This document shows, piece by piece, positions 48,097 through 57,614 of a stretch of DNA of 64,000 nt. The notes under the pieces were generated by a model. It ran no database searches and was not told where the DNA came from. It saw nothing but the letters and a program-made list of their open reading frames with translations. Source of the DNA: Chitinophaga pinensis (GTDB taxonomy: Bacteria; Bacteroidota; Bacteroidia; NS11-12g; UBA9320); NCBI GenBank assembly GCA_945889315.1, contig CAMDBP010000002.1:11466-75465 (forward strand). Direction: 5' to 3'. Each line of letters opens with the position of its first letter. Position 1 is the stretch's first letter. The position numbers and the translations under genes are program-made.

Positions 48097-49553
48097 AAAA
48101 AGTAGGTATTGTATTTCCGCATCAGCTATTTAAAGAATCTAAGGTCGTAACTAACTGTGATGTTGTTTACCTAATTGAGGACCACCTTTACTTTACACAC
48201 TATAAATTTCACAAACAGAAGCTGCTCCTTCACAGGGCCAGCATGAAATACTATGCAGATTTAATTTCAAGTAATTCAGACGTAAGATACATTCCAGTTA
48301 CAGATTACCTCGGAATTGAGAAATTACTCACCGAGTTAAAAGACCATGAAATTCATTGCTACCTTACCGATGATTATCTGCTAGAACGAAGACTTAACCG
48401 TTATGCAAAAAAGCTTAGCATCAAGCTAATTCGATATACTAATCCCAATTTTATAAATACGGAATCAGAAGTAGCAGAAATGCTCAATAAGCAGAAAAGC
48501 TATTTTTTGGCAAACTTCTATACAGAATCACGCAAGAAACATAACATCCTGTTGGAGGAAAACGAAAAACCATTAGGAGGCAAATGGAGTTTTGATACCG
48601 AAAATAGAAAGAAGGTGCCTAAGGGTACACCAATTCCAAACGTAAAACTTTCCAATACCTACGTCAACGAAGCTAAAATATACGTTGAAAAACATTTCAA
48701 AGACAACTATGGAGATTTAGATGAATCGTACTATGCTGTCACGCATGCTGATGCAGAAGAACATTTACATCTATTTATACAAGAACGATTTGAGCATTTT
48801 GGAGACTACGAGGATGCTATGGTTAAAGAGGAACACTGGCTTTGGCACTCGGTACTTACTCCCATGCTTAACATAGGTCTATTAAATCCTAAGCAGGTTA
48901 TCAATGAAGTACTGAACGCACATAAGAAGCACGACTTTCCTTTGAATAGCCTCGAAGGATTTATTCGGCAAATACTAGGCTGGCGAGAATTTATTCGTGG
49001 AGTGTACTTACTAGAAGGTGTAAAACAAAGAACTACAAATCATTTTGGGTACTCGCGAAAAATACCCGAAAGTTTCTGGACAGGAGATACGGGCATAACT
49101 CCACTAGATGAAACCATAAAAAAGCTTCTGAAAACAGGTTATTCCCACCACATAGAGAGGCTAATGCTTTTTGGTAATTTTATGCTACTCTGCGAATTTG
49201 ACCCCGATGAGGTGCACCGGTGGTTTATGGAAATGTATGTGGATGCCTATGATTGGGTAATGGTACCCAATGTATACGGAATGACGCAGTATGCTGATGG
49301 TGGACTAATGACGACCAAACCATACTGTAGTGGCAGCAACTACGTGCTAAAAATGAGCGACTACGACAAGGGAGACTGGTGCGAAATATGGAACTCCTTA
49401 TACTGGAGATTCATTTACGGAAATCAAGAAGAATTTAGTAAAAATAGACGTATGAGCATGATGGTGAGTATGGCTAGGAAGATGGAAGGGTCAAAAATGG
49501 ATGTCTATCTGCACAAAGCAGAAAAGTTCTTAGCAGACCTAGATAAAAAATAA
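48093..49553 (+). CDS. Cryptochrome/photolyase family protein of the PhrB/CryB ('deoxyribodipyrimidine photolyase-related', FeS-BCP-like) type
   Basis: 486 aa. 'VFPHQLF...HKQKLLLHRASMKYYA', 'EGFIRQILGWREFIRGVY', 'SHHIERLMLFGNFMLL' and 'TKPYCSGSNYVLKMSDY' parallel A. tumefaciens PhrB as I recall it. Confidence 0.75.
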   Translation: MKKVGIVFPHQLFKESKVVTNCDVVYLIEDHLYFTHYKFHKQKLLLHRASMKYYADLISSNSDVRYIPVTDYLGIEKLLTELKDHEIHCYLTDDYLLERRLNRYAKKLSIKLIRYTNPNFINTESEVAEMLNKQKSYFLANFYTESRKKHNILLEENEKPLGGKWSFDTENRKKVPKGTPIPNVKLSNTYVNEAKIYVEKHFKDNYGDLDESYYAVTHADAEEHLHLFIQERFEHFGDYEDAMVKEEHWLWHSVLTPMLNIGLLNPKQVINEVLNAHKKHDFPLNSLEGFIRQILGWREFIRGVYLLEGVKQRTTNHFGYSRKIPESFWTGDTGITPLDETIKKLLKTGYSHHIERLMLFGNFMLLCEFDPDEVHRWFMEMYVDAYDWVMVPNVYGMTQYADGGLMTTKPYCSGSNYVLKMSDYDKGDWCEIWNSLYWRFIYGNQEEFSKNRRMSMMVSMARKMEGSKMDVYLHKAEKFLADLDKK

Positions 49554-49570
49554 GCTTACCTAGGTTTTGA

Positions 49571-50206
49571 CTATTGTGACTTTTGACCGATAAAACGGAT
49601 CACTTTTCTAGTGCCGTTATGGTAAAGGCCCTCGCTTAATTGTACCTCAACTTCTTCTAACTGTAGGGTTTCAAAACCAGAGAAATCATTTTGAATACCT
49701 TCAAGTGAAAATAACATATCGAGAGAATTGGGTCCTCCAATAGCCGGATTTTCTTCTCTTAATGGCAAGTGACCTTTGCTAAATCCCTCCAAAATAATCA
49801 ATCCCCTAGGATGTATCATTTCCGCTATTTTTTGGTGATAGGTAGAAATTAAATGTGCTGGGAAATGAGCATATATGAGGGCAGCGGCGTCAAACTTTTT
49901 ATTCCTAAGTTCGAGTTCCATAAAGTCACCTACTTCATAGTTGATTTTTACCTGCTGTTCTGCCGCCAGTTTAAGTGCTTTTTTCTGACCTTCAGTACTT
50001 ATATCAAATGCTGTCACATTCCACTTCTGAGTTGCAGCGTATACTGCATTACGCCCCTCGCCTTCTGCTGGAAATAGAATATCCCCGCCTTTATCATACT
50101 GTTCTAATACTGTTTTTAAAAACTGATTAGGAGCTACGCCATACGCATATTCATTGGCAGCATATCTACTATTCCATATAGCCGTCATTTCAGGAGGTAT
50201 ATTCAT
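49571..50206 (-). CDS. Class I SAM-dependent methyltransferase
   Basis: 211 aa with motif I-like 'ILFPAEGEGRNAVY' and a TehB/thiopurine-MT-like layout. Confidence 0.65.
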   Translation of the reverse strand: MNIPPEMTAIWNSRYAANEYAYGVAPNQFLKTVLEQYDKGGDILFPAEGEGRNAVYAATQKWNVTAFDISTEGQKKALKLAAEQQVKINYEVGDFMELELRNKKFDAAALIYAHFPAHLISTYHQKIAEMIHPRGLIILEGFSKGHLPLREENPAIGGPNSLDMLFSLEGIQNDFSGFETLQLEEVEVQLSEGLYHNGTRKVIRFIGQKSQ

Positions 50207-50216
50207 TTCTCTTGTG

Positions 50217-50618
50217 CTAATCTAGTTTAACATGGTAAATGTCCGAGTTATTTCGTGCAATTCCCTTTACCACAAATGGCCCCGGTTGGTTGATTATTTC
50301 GGCTAGTGTAAATGAAACGCATGCTTTAGGTAATGCATCAAAAACCATACTGAAACGTTTAGTCTGTCCTGGTTTAATCCATTCCCATTCAGGTTGATAG
50401 ACTATACTGAACGCTTTAACCATTTGGTTTATAACCCCGGTTTGCTCATCAATAATAAAGGTTTCTTTCCATACGCGGAGTCCTATGTCACCTTCATAAA
50501 AAGTTGGGTCATTGTAAAAAGAACAATGGACCACAACTTGCGCCTCTTCACTTACCTCTTCCAGAATTTCTGGATCTATTACGACCTTTGTTTTGGGATT
50601 TTCTTTGATGAGTGGCAT
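50217..50618 (-). CDS. Hypothetical protein (no family recognised)
   Basis: 133-aa ORF lying 16 nt after the E1 gene and 10 nt before the methyltransferase gene, on the same strand. Confidence 0.5.
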   Translation of the reverse strand: MPLIKENPKTKVVIDPEILEEVSEEAQVVVHCSFYNDPTFYEGDIGLRVWKETFIIDEQTGVINQMVKAFSIVYQPEWEWIKPGQTKRFSMVFDALPKACVSFTLAEIINQPGPFVVKGIARNNSDIYHVKLD

Positions 50619-50634
50619 TTGGTCCTAAGACAAT

Positions 50635-53022
50635 CTATTCAAAACTAGGGTATGTAGACGGATTATATTCGCTCATCATACCATACACTAAATCAAACAG
50701 TTCTTCAGGATTTGATTTGGAAAAATAATCTCCATCTGTACCATACGCAGGTCTATGATCTTGAGAAGTCAGTGTCCTAGGTGCACTATCAAGGTACTGA
50801 TATCCACCTTGCTCTTCTAATACTTTTTGCATCATAAAACCCGTTGCGCCACCTTTTACATCTTCATCCATAAACACAACTTTGTTGGTTTTTTTGATAG
50901 ATTCAACGATGTTATGGTGTACATCAAACGGCAATAGGGATTGAACATCTATGAGTTCTACAGAAATTCCCTTTTCGTTTAAGAGCTTTATCCCGTCCTG
51001 CGCAATTCTAATGCAAGAGCCATACGTAATGACGGTAACATCATTTCCCTCAATTAAGGTTTCTGGCACACCTACGGGAACGGTGAAGCTACTTAAGTTT
51101 GTTGGCAGTTTCTCTTTAAGCCTATAGCCATTTAAACATTCTACTACTATAGCCGGTTCATCGCTCAGCATTAAGGTATTATAAAATCCAGCAGCTCGTG
51201 TCATATCTCGCGGCACGAGTACATTCATTCCTCTAACGGCATTTAATATCATCCCCATGGGAGAACCACTGTGCCATATCCCCTCTAGTCGATGACCTCT
51301 AGTTCGTATTATAAGTGGGTATTTCTGACCACCTTTGGTTCTGTATTGAACCGTTGCGATATCATCGCTCATCATTTGAACACCGTAAAGAAGGTAATCT
51401 AAGTATTGAATTTCTGCAATAGGTCTTAGACCGCGTAGAGATGCTCCAATTGCCTGACCGACAATTGTATTTTCCCGTATGCCCATGTCCATTACACGTG
51501 TTTTTCCGTGTTTTTCTTGCAGTCCTGCAAAGCCTTGATTTACATCTCCAATTTTACCAACGTCCTCGCCGAATGCGATGACTTCCGGATGGTTGGATAA
51601 AAGAAAATCAAACGTTTTATTTAAAATTTCGAAGCCATTTAACTCTTCACTATTGTGTTCATACTCCGGTTTAACTTCTGATACACTCAGTGCGCTATTA
51701 GCAGATTGACTATGCAAGTGGCTGCTATAAACATCTTGATATTTAGCTAAGTACGCTTCATAAAATTCTTTCAAGGAATTTACTTCCTGGGTATGATTCC
51801 CAATGTTGGCTCTTAAGGTAGCGTGTATGGTTTTTAGAATATCTTTTCTTCCCGCATCTGTTATTGACTTTAATGAACTTGAAGCAACGTCATCAACTAC
51901 TTTTAGGACGTTACAAGCTTCTTCAATCTCTTGTTTTATTTCAGAGGTAAATGCTATCCACGCATCTTTTTTTGCAACTTTAGCTTCTTGCTCGGCTTCT
52001 TGCTCAAGCACCAAAATTTCATCTGTACTTGCTAATTTGGCGCTAATAATCCATGATCTCATTTGTGTCAAGCAGTCATGTTCTATCTCCCATGCCAATC
52101 TTTCTGGAGATTTATATCGCTCATGAGATCCAGAGGTAGAATGACCTTGTGGCTGAGTTAGTTCTTTTACATGAACTACTACGGGTGTGTGTGTTGTTCT
52201 ACATACTTCAGACGCCTTTTTATAAGCATTCATTAGCGCAGGATAATCCCATCCGTTTACCGTTATAAGCTCTATTCCTTTACCAAGCTTATCTGTTTTA
52301 AACCCAGATAAGATGGCGGTAAGATTTTGTTTTGTAGTTTGATGTTTTGCATGCACAGATATACCGTACTCATCATCCCAAATGCTAATTAACATCGGTA
52401 CTTGCATCACTCCGGCGGCATTTATACTTTCCCAAAAATGACCCTCAGATGTACTTGCATTACCAATGGTACCCCAAGCAATTTCATTTCCTTGATCCGA
52501 AAAATCTGTCTTATGATGCAGGTTTTCATTTTCTTTATACACTTTAGATGCAAAAGCCAAACCGAGTACGCGGGGCATTTGACCAGCAGTAGGCGAAATA
52601 TCCGATGAGATATTAATGCGGTCTGTTTGCTTTAGCCAATCTCCATTGTCATCTAGCATTCTAGTACCGAAATGCCCATTCATACTTCTACCAGCACTAC
52701 TCGGCTCGTGTTCTGCACTGGGATGAGCATAAAGTTGCGCAAAAAACTTCTGTACATCGCTAAGGCCAAGTGCAAACATCAATGTTTGATCTCTGTAGTA
52801 ACCTGCTCTAAAATCACCATTTCGCATGTAGCGAGCCATTGCTACTTGTGCAACTTCCTTACCGTCACCAAAAATACCAAACTTGGCTTTGCCCGTTAGT
52901 ACCTCTTTTCGACCAATAAGCGATGTTTGCCTACTTTTGTACGCAATGATATAGTCTGTAATTACCTCTTGAATAAATTCATCTTTGGATAGTGAATCGG
53001 GAGATGCAGATGTATTTGCCAT
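50635..53022 (-). CDS. 2-oxoacid dehydrogenase E1 component, fused alpha/beta subunits (TPP-dependent)
   Basis: 795 aa. The N-terminal half is E1-alpha-like with the TPP region 'GNASTSEGHFWESINAA'. The C-terminal half is E1-beta/transketolase-like ('GEDVGKIGDVNQGF...', 'IRTRGHRLEGIWHSGSP'). Confidence 0.8.
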   Translation of the reverse strand: MANTSASPDSLSKDEFIQEVITDYIIAYKSRQTSLIGRKEVLTGKAKFGIFGDGKEVAQVAMARYMRNGDFRAGYYRDQTLMFALGLSDVQKFFAQLYAHPSAEHEPSSAGRSMNGHFGTRMLDDNGDWLKQTDRINISSDISPTAGQMPRVLGLAFASKVYKENENLHHKTDFSDQGNEIAWGTIGNASTSEGHFWESINAAGVMQVPMLISIWDDEYGISVHAKHQTTKQNLTAILSGFKTDKLGKGIELITVNGWDYPALMNAYKKASEVCRTTHTPVVVHVKELTQPQGHSTSGSHERYKSPERLAWEIEHDCLTQMRSWIISAKLASTDEILVLEQEAEQEAKVAKKDAWIAFTSEIKQEIEEACNVLKVVDDVASSSLKSITDAGRKDILKTIHATLRANIGNHTQEVNSLKEFYEAYLAKYQDVYSSHLHSQSANSALSVSEVKPEYEHNSEELNGFEILNKTFDFLLSNHPEVIAFGEDVGKIGDVNQGFAGLQEKHGKTRVMDMGIRENTIVGQAIGASLRGLRPIAEIQYLDYLLYGVQMMSDDIATVQYRTKGGQKYPLIIRTRGHRLEGIWHSGSPMGMILNAVRGMNVLVPRDMTRAAGFYNTLMLSDEPAIVVECLNGYRLKEKLPTNLSSFTVPVGVPETLIEGNDVTVITYGSCIRIAQDGIKLLNEKGISVELIDVQSLLPFDVHHNIVESIKKTNKVVFMDEDVKGGATGFMMQKVLEEQGGYQYLDSAPRTLTSQDHRPAYGTDGDYFSKSNPEELFDLVYGMMSEYNPSTYPSFE

Positions 53023-53027
53023 TGCAG

Positions 53028-53035
53028 CAAAGATA
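53028..53035 (-). promoter_or_regulatory. -7 promoter box (TATCTTTG) for the fused E1 gene
   Basis: Exact TAnnTTTG on the minus strand, only 5 nt upstream of the ATG at 53022. Confidence 0.45.
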
Positions 53036-53063
53036 AGAGTAATCTCTACTGCATATAATTATG

Positions 53064-53780
53064 CTAGTGGATTATCTTGTGTGTATACGTTTTATAGTCT
53101 ATTTCTAAATTAATTAGATAAACGCCTTTTGGCAACGCGCTAATATCAATGCTGTATACATTGTTATTTTCAACTAAAGCAAAATTCACAATTTTTCCCT
53201 GTAAATCAGTTAGTTGAATTGAACTAGCAGGAGATTTAGTGGCTACTAAAAACTTACCTGACACCGCAGGATTTGGGTAAATATTGACTGTCTCCACATT
53301 TTTTTCTATAACCGCTGTAGCTCCTATAATTACCAACGAATAATTATCTGCGGTGTCCTTTACTGGTATTTTGAAAAAACCTAAACTCGCAAAAGCCGTC
53401 GTTGCTATCTTAATAGAATACACTCCAGATTGAGCAGATGTCGGATTTCCAGATAATTTTATACATCCCACAGCTTTATGCGTAAAGGAACAATTAGCTG
53501 GTTCGCAGCTATATGAAAATCCAGCAGGCAAACCCAATACATTGTCAATTTTCACCGAGTCTATATCTGCATTAACCAACTGGCCATTAAACATGGTTGT
53601 TGTATCCTTAATAGCTAATACCTGAAACACAAAATCATATGCCTGATTGATATAGGCAGTATCCGGTTGCTCTGGATAAACTCCGGGTTGCGTGATGGTA
53701 ACGTCTGGTATACAGTTTTGAGCTTTAGCCAAAGTTACTACTACCAAAGATAAGAGAGCTACATGTAAAAATCTTTTCAT
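53064..53780 (-). CDS. Secreted protein with a T9SS C-terminal sorting domain
   Basis: Signal peptide 'MKRFLHVALLSLVVVTLAKAQ' from the ATG at 53780 (the track starts at 53837). The C-terminus is 'VNIYPNPAVSGKFLV...KGVYLINL'. Confidence 0.75.
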   Translation of the reverse strand: MKRFLHVALLSLVVVTLAKAQNCIPDVTITQPGVYPEQPDTAYINQAYDFVFQVLAIKDTTTMFNGQLVNADIDSVKIDNVLGLPAGFSYSCEPANCSFTHKAVGCIKLSGNPTSAQSGVYSIKIATTAFASLGFFKIPVKDTADNYSLVIIGATAVIEKNVETVNIYPNPAVSGKFLVATKSPASSIQLTDLQGKIVNFALVENNNVYSIDISALPKGVYLINLEIDYKTYTHKIIH

Positions 53781-53795
53781 ACTGATTCGTTTAAA

Positions 53796-53803
53796 TATAT
53801 TTG
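53796..53803 (+). promoter_or_regulatory. -7 promoter box (TATATTTG) for the TonB-dependent receptor gene
   Basis: Exact TAnnTTTG, 14 nt upstream of the ATG at 53818. It overlaps the track's putative GTG start at 53803, which it argues against. Confidence 0.5.
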
Positions 53804-53817
53804 TGCAAAACGAAGAT

Positions 53818-56121
53818 ATGCCTACCCGACTAATCATACAAGCCCTATTATTGCTTTTTAGTGTTAGCTGCTATTCTCAAAATTCATTTCAGTATTTTGG
53901 AACGGTTAAAGACTTCGCCAATCAACCATTGATAGGCGTTCAATTTGTGTCTCCAACAGATAGCAAAATAATCGCTATAAGTAATGAAAACGGCGTGTTC
54001 CAATTTTATTCAAACCTACTGCACGTTAAGGTAAACCACATTGGATTCGAATCTGTATTAATAATTCCCAACGTGAATCAAAATTTTAATGACGTTATCT
54101 TACATGAAGCCGCAGGATTGCTTAATGCCATTGTGGTATCTGAAAACAAACGCGAATCACAACTTAAAAACGCAACTGTTTCACTTGAAATAATAAAACC
54201 CGAACTCATAGGAAACACTGCTCCTACTAATATAGAAGAAACCATAGGTAGAATAAATGGGGTACAGGTTGTTGATAACCAACCTACTATCCGCAGCGGA
54301 AGTGGTTGGAGTTATGGAGCAGGTTCACGTGTCCAGGTACTTATAGATGGTGTGCCAATGCTAAGCGGGGATGCCGGTCAGCCTCTTTGGAATTTTTTAC
54401 CTACTGAAGGTATAGATGGCATAGAAATAATAAAAGGAGCGAGTTCCGTTATTTATGGTAGTTCTGCATTGAATGGCGTTATCAATTTAAAAACTAAAAA
54501 GCCTACACTCAATCCCTACACTCAAGTCACCATTTCATCAGGATTTTACGACCTTCCTAAGAGAGAATCTCTTCATTACCAAGGGAATAAAAGAAATACA
54601 GTTTCGAATTTTTCAGCTTATCATGCCAGCACACATAAGGGACTTGGCATCACATTTGGATTAAATGCACTCCATGATGAAGGCTATAAAATGAGTGACT
54701 ATGATAAGCGAATAAGAAGCACAATTGGGCTTCGAAAAACAATCGCAGATAAAAATTTGGTTTATGGTATTAATACCACCTATCAACAAGGAAATTCTGG
54801 AAGTTTTTTACTTTGGCACTCGTATGATCTAGGATATACCGTATTAGATAGTTCTACTACAGATAATCAAGTATCACGGTTTAGCATTGACCCTTATTTA
54901 ACCTGGAACAAAGGAAAATTTAGCCATTCATTAAATACACGATATCTAAACATAAACAATAAAGTAGATAACAAGGATCCAACTACTAATCAGGACAATA
55001 GCTCTAATTTAGTATATGCTGAATATCAATCGAAGTATACCCTTGCTCCACAAAATCTATACATAACAAGTGGTTTGGTTAGCATAAATACCGTTTCCAA
55101 ATCACCATTGTATGGCGGATATAACACCGCAACCAGTTATGCTGCTTACCTTCAGTCTGAAAAGTCTTGGAAGCGATTTTCAATAGCCTTAGGTGCTCGT
55201 TATGAGCAATTTAAACTTAATGATCGTTCAGAAGGTAAGCCTGTTTATCGGACAGGTTTAAATTATAAAATAGCATCGTTTACCTATTTAAGAAGCAGTT
55301 TTGGACAGGGATACAGGTTTCCAAGTATAGCTGAGTCCTACATTAAAACATCCGTTGGGCCCGTTACTATTTTTTCCAATCCTAATCTAAACTCTGAAAG
55401 TGGCAATAATCTTGAACTAGGTTTAAAACAAGGCTTATCAATAAAAGGTCTGCAGATGATGATTGATGTCGCGGGATTTCAAATGCAGTTTGACCAAATG
55501 ATGGAGTTTACCTTTGCACAATGGGGTAATCCAGCCCCGCCTAGCTTTGGTGCTGGTTTTAAAACGTTAAACATCGGAAAAACAAGGGTGCGAGGCGGTG
55601 AACTCAATGTTGCGTTTCAGAAAAAAACTAATTCGTTTGATATTCAAGGTTTTATGGGTTATACCTACGCCGCTTCCAAAGCACTTGAACCCAACAAAAG
55701 CATTGGTTCGGATATCAACGGTAATCAATATACTTACTTAAATACCAGTTCTGACACCATGGGATACGAGCTTAAATACCGACCTAAGCACCTAGCCAAA
55801 GCGGATATTATGCTGAGTTACAAAAAGTGGAACATAGGCGCAGGTATAACGTATCAAGGTGTCGTCAAAAACATAGATGCAGCATTTACCACTGGTATAC
55901 TACCTTTCTTTATTCCGGGGATACAAGAGTCTATAGATAAGAGACTTACAGAATATGTACTAATTAACATGCGAATAGGTTACGAACTAAATAGCCTATG
56001 GAAATTAAACCTGTTAATGAGCAACTTAGCTAATGTAGAGTACGCTACGCGTCCAGCAGACTTGGGTGCACCCCGTTCTGTTAGAATTCAAATATCCTAC
56101 ACATTAGACAAGTCAAAATAA
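53818..56121 (+). CDS. TonB-dependent receptor
   Basis: Signal peptide 'MPTRLIIQALLLLFSVSCYSQ', a CarboxypepD_reg-like N-domain, the plug 'IEIIKGASSVIYGSSALNGVINLKTK', and a large beta-barrel. Confidence 0.85.
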   Translation: MPTRLIIQALLLLFSVSCYSQNSFQYFGTVKDFANQPLIGVQFVSPTDSKIIAISNENGVFQFYSNLLHVKVNHIGFESVLIIPNVNQNFNDVILHEAAGLLNAIVVSENKRESQLKNATVSLEIIKPELIGNTAPTNIEETIGRINGVQVVDNQPTIRSGSGWSYGAGSRVQVLIDGVPMLSGDAGQPLWNFLPTEGIDGIEIIKGASSVIYGSSALNGVINLKTKKPTLNPYTQVTISSGFYDLPKRESLHYQGNKRNTVSNFSAYHASTHKGLGITFGLNALHDEGYKMSDYDKRIRSTIGLRKTIADKNLVYGINTTYQQGNSGSFLLWHSYDLGYTVLDSSTTDNQVSRFSIDPYLTWNKGKFSHSLNTRYLNINNKVDNKDPTTNQDNSSNLVYAEYQSKYTLAPQNLYITSGLVSINTVSKSPLYGGYNTATSYAAYLQSEKSWKRFSIALGARYEQFKLNDRSEGKPVYRTGLNYKIASFTYLRSSFGQGYRFPSIAESYIKTSVGPVTIFSNPNLNSESGNNLELGLKQGLSIKGLQMMIDVAGFQMQFDQMMEFTFAQWGNPAPPSFGAGFKTLNIGKTRVRGGELNVAFQKKTNSFDIQGFMGYTYAASKALEPNKSIGSDINGNQYTYLNTSSDTMGYELKYRPKHLAKADIMLSYKKWNIGAGITYQGVVKNIDAAFTTGILPFFIPGIQESIDKRLTEYVLINMRIGYELNSLWKLNLLMSNLANVEYATRPADLGAPRSVRIQISYTLDKSK

Positions 56122-56149
56122 AGTGTGAATAGCCGTAACCAGCATCTGT

Positions 56150-56157
56150 TAGCTTTG
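56150..56157 (+). promoter_or_regulatory. -7 promoter box (TAGCTTTG) for the flippase-like gene
   Basis: Exact TAnnTTTG, 8 nt upstream of the ATG at 56166. Confidence 0.45.
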
Positions 56158-56165
56158 TAACCTAT

Positions 56166-57614
56166 ATGAGTATTCTCAAAAAACTAGCTAGTGATACGGC
56201 CATATACGGTATACCTAGTATCGTGGGCAGGTCTATTAACTTTATTTTAGTCTTCTTTTTTGCTGCTTACTTTACACCATCGCTTCTCGCGCCACAAATA
56301 GAGTTTTATGCGTATGCTGCTTTCTTTTTTGTAGTACTTCCGCACGGCATGGAAACCGCATTCTTTAATTTTTCTAGAATTGAAAAAGAATACAAAGACG
56401 TTTTTGCAACCGCTATGTCTTCTCTGCTCATTGTCCTGGCATTCTTTATTGGACTAATGTTACTAAATACGCAAAGCGTTGGTCGGTTTGTTGGGTATCC
56501 CAATAACCTTGATTATGTTGTGCTTTTTACTATTATTTTAGCCATAGACGTACTTAAATCCATTCCATATGCCCTTTTAAGGTATTTGAACAAAGCAAAC
56601 AAATTCGCTTTTATCAAAAGTACTGGGATCATATTAAATGTCGTTTTCAATATCTTTTTTGTGGTTTACTATCCTGAGATAATGGGAGTTGAACGAAATA
56701 TTATTTATGTGTTTATTGCCAATTTAATAGCAAGTGCAATTGAGTTTTTATTGTTGACCACAGACATTTTCAAGCATTTTGGGAAACCCACCATGGAGCT
56801 ATGGCAAAAGATGTTTGCCTATTCTTGGCCACTTATTATTTTGGGTTTTGCGGGTATGGTAAATGAAACATTTGATAGACTTGCTATGCGAAAACTACTT
56901 CCCGAAAGCGAGGCTTCGTATCAAATAGGGGTATACGGTACTTTCTACAAACTTAGTATGCTGATGACCTTGTTTATCCAGGCATTTAGGTACGCAGTAG
57001 AGCCTTTCTTCTTCGCTCAAGCAGATAAGTCAGATGCCAAAAAATCGTATATACAAATTATGGATTGGTTTGTATATGCTTGTGGAGCAATCTTTTTATT
57101 TACCTCCTCTTTTAAAGGAGAAATAGCGCGGGCTTTGATTGCCAATGAAGAATTTCATCAGCATCCCGATGCACTAACCATAGTACCTATCTTACTACTC
57201 GCTAATATGTTTATTGGCATATTTTTTAACCTGAGTATATGGTATAAGCTCAACAATCAAACCAAGCTAGGTGCAGGAATTTCCTTAATTGGAGCTGCTA
57301 TAACCATCACACTTTTAGTGATTTATGTTCCTATTTATGGATTTTTAGCTGCCGCAATTACTACGTTAATCGCTTACTTTATTATGGCAGCCATAAGCTA
57401 TTTTTTAGGTCAGCGTTTTTATCCTGTCGCTTATCATACTTGGCACATTATTGGAATGATCATGCTCGCTATTGGGCTATACCTAGGCACAGAGTACTTA
57501 TATCTGAGTGGCATAATCAAAGTTTTAGTCAATTTGATTTCATTTGGTGTATACGCATTCATTGGTTATCAACTCATTTTAAGCACTAAAAACGTAAATT
57601 TGCCAGCCAAATGA
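56166..57614 (+). CDS. Polysaccharide biosynthesis / oligosaccharide flippase family protein (MOP superfamily)
   Basis: 482 aa with about 12-14 TM helices and a Wzx/MurJ-like layout. It overlaps dut by 4 nt. Confidence 0.65.
   Translation: MSILKKLASDTAIYGIPSIVGRSINFILVFFFAAYFTPSLLAPQIEFYAYAAFFFVVLPHGMETAFFNFSRIEKEYKDVFATAMSSLLIVLAFFIGLMLLNTQSVGRFVGYPNNLDYVVLFTIILAIDVLKSIPYALLRYLNKANKFAFIKSTGIILNVVFNIFFVVYYPEIMGVERNIIYVFIANLIASAIEFLLLTTDIFKHFGKPTMELWQKMFAYSWPLIILGFAGMVNETFDRLAMRKLLPESEASYQIGVYGTFYKLSMLMTLFIQAFRYAVEPFFFAQADKSDAKKSYIQIMDWFVYACGAIFLFTSSFKGEIARALIANEEFHQHPDALTIVPILLLANMFIGIFFNLSIWYKLNNQTKLGAGISLIGAAITITLLVIYVPIYGFLAAAITTLIAYFIMAAISYFLGQRFYPVAYHTWHIIGMIMLAIGLYLGTEYLYLSGIIKVLVNLISFGVYAFIGYQLILSTKNVNLPAK

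Noticed and set aside
54043-54053. 'GGATTCGAATC', reminiscent of a tRNA T-arm
   Set aside because: It lies inside the TonB-dependent receptor CDS, with no acceptor or anticodon arms around it. No intergenic gap in the window is shaped like a tRNA.
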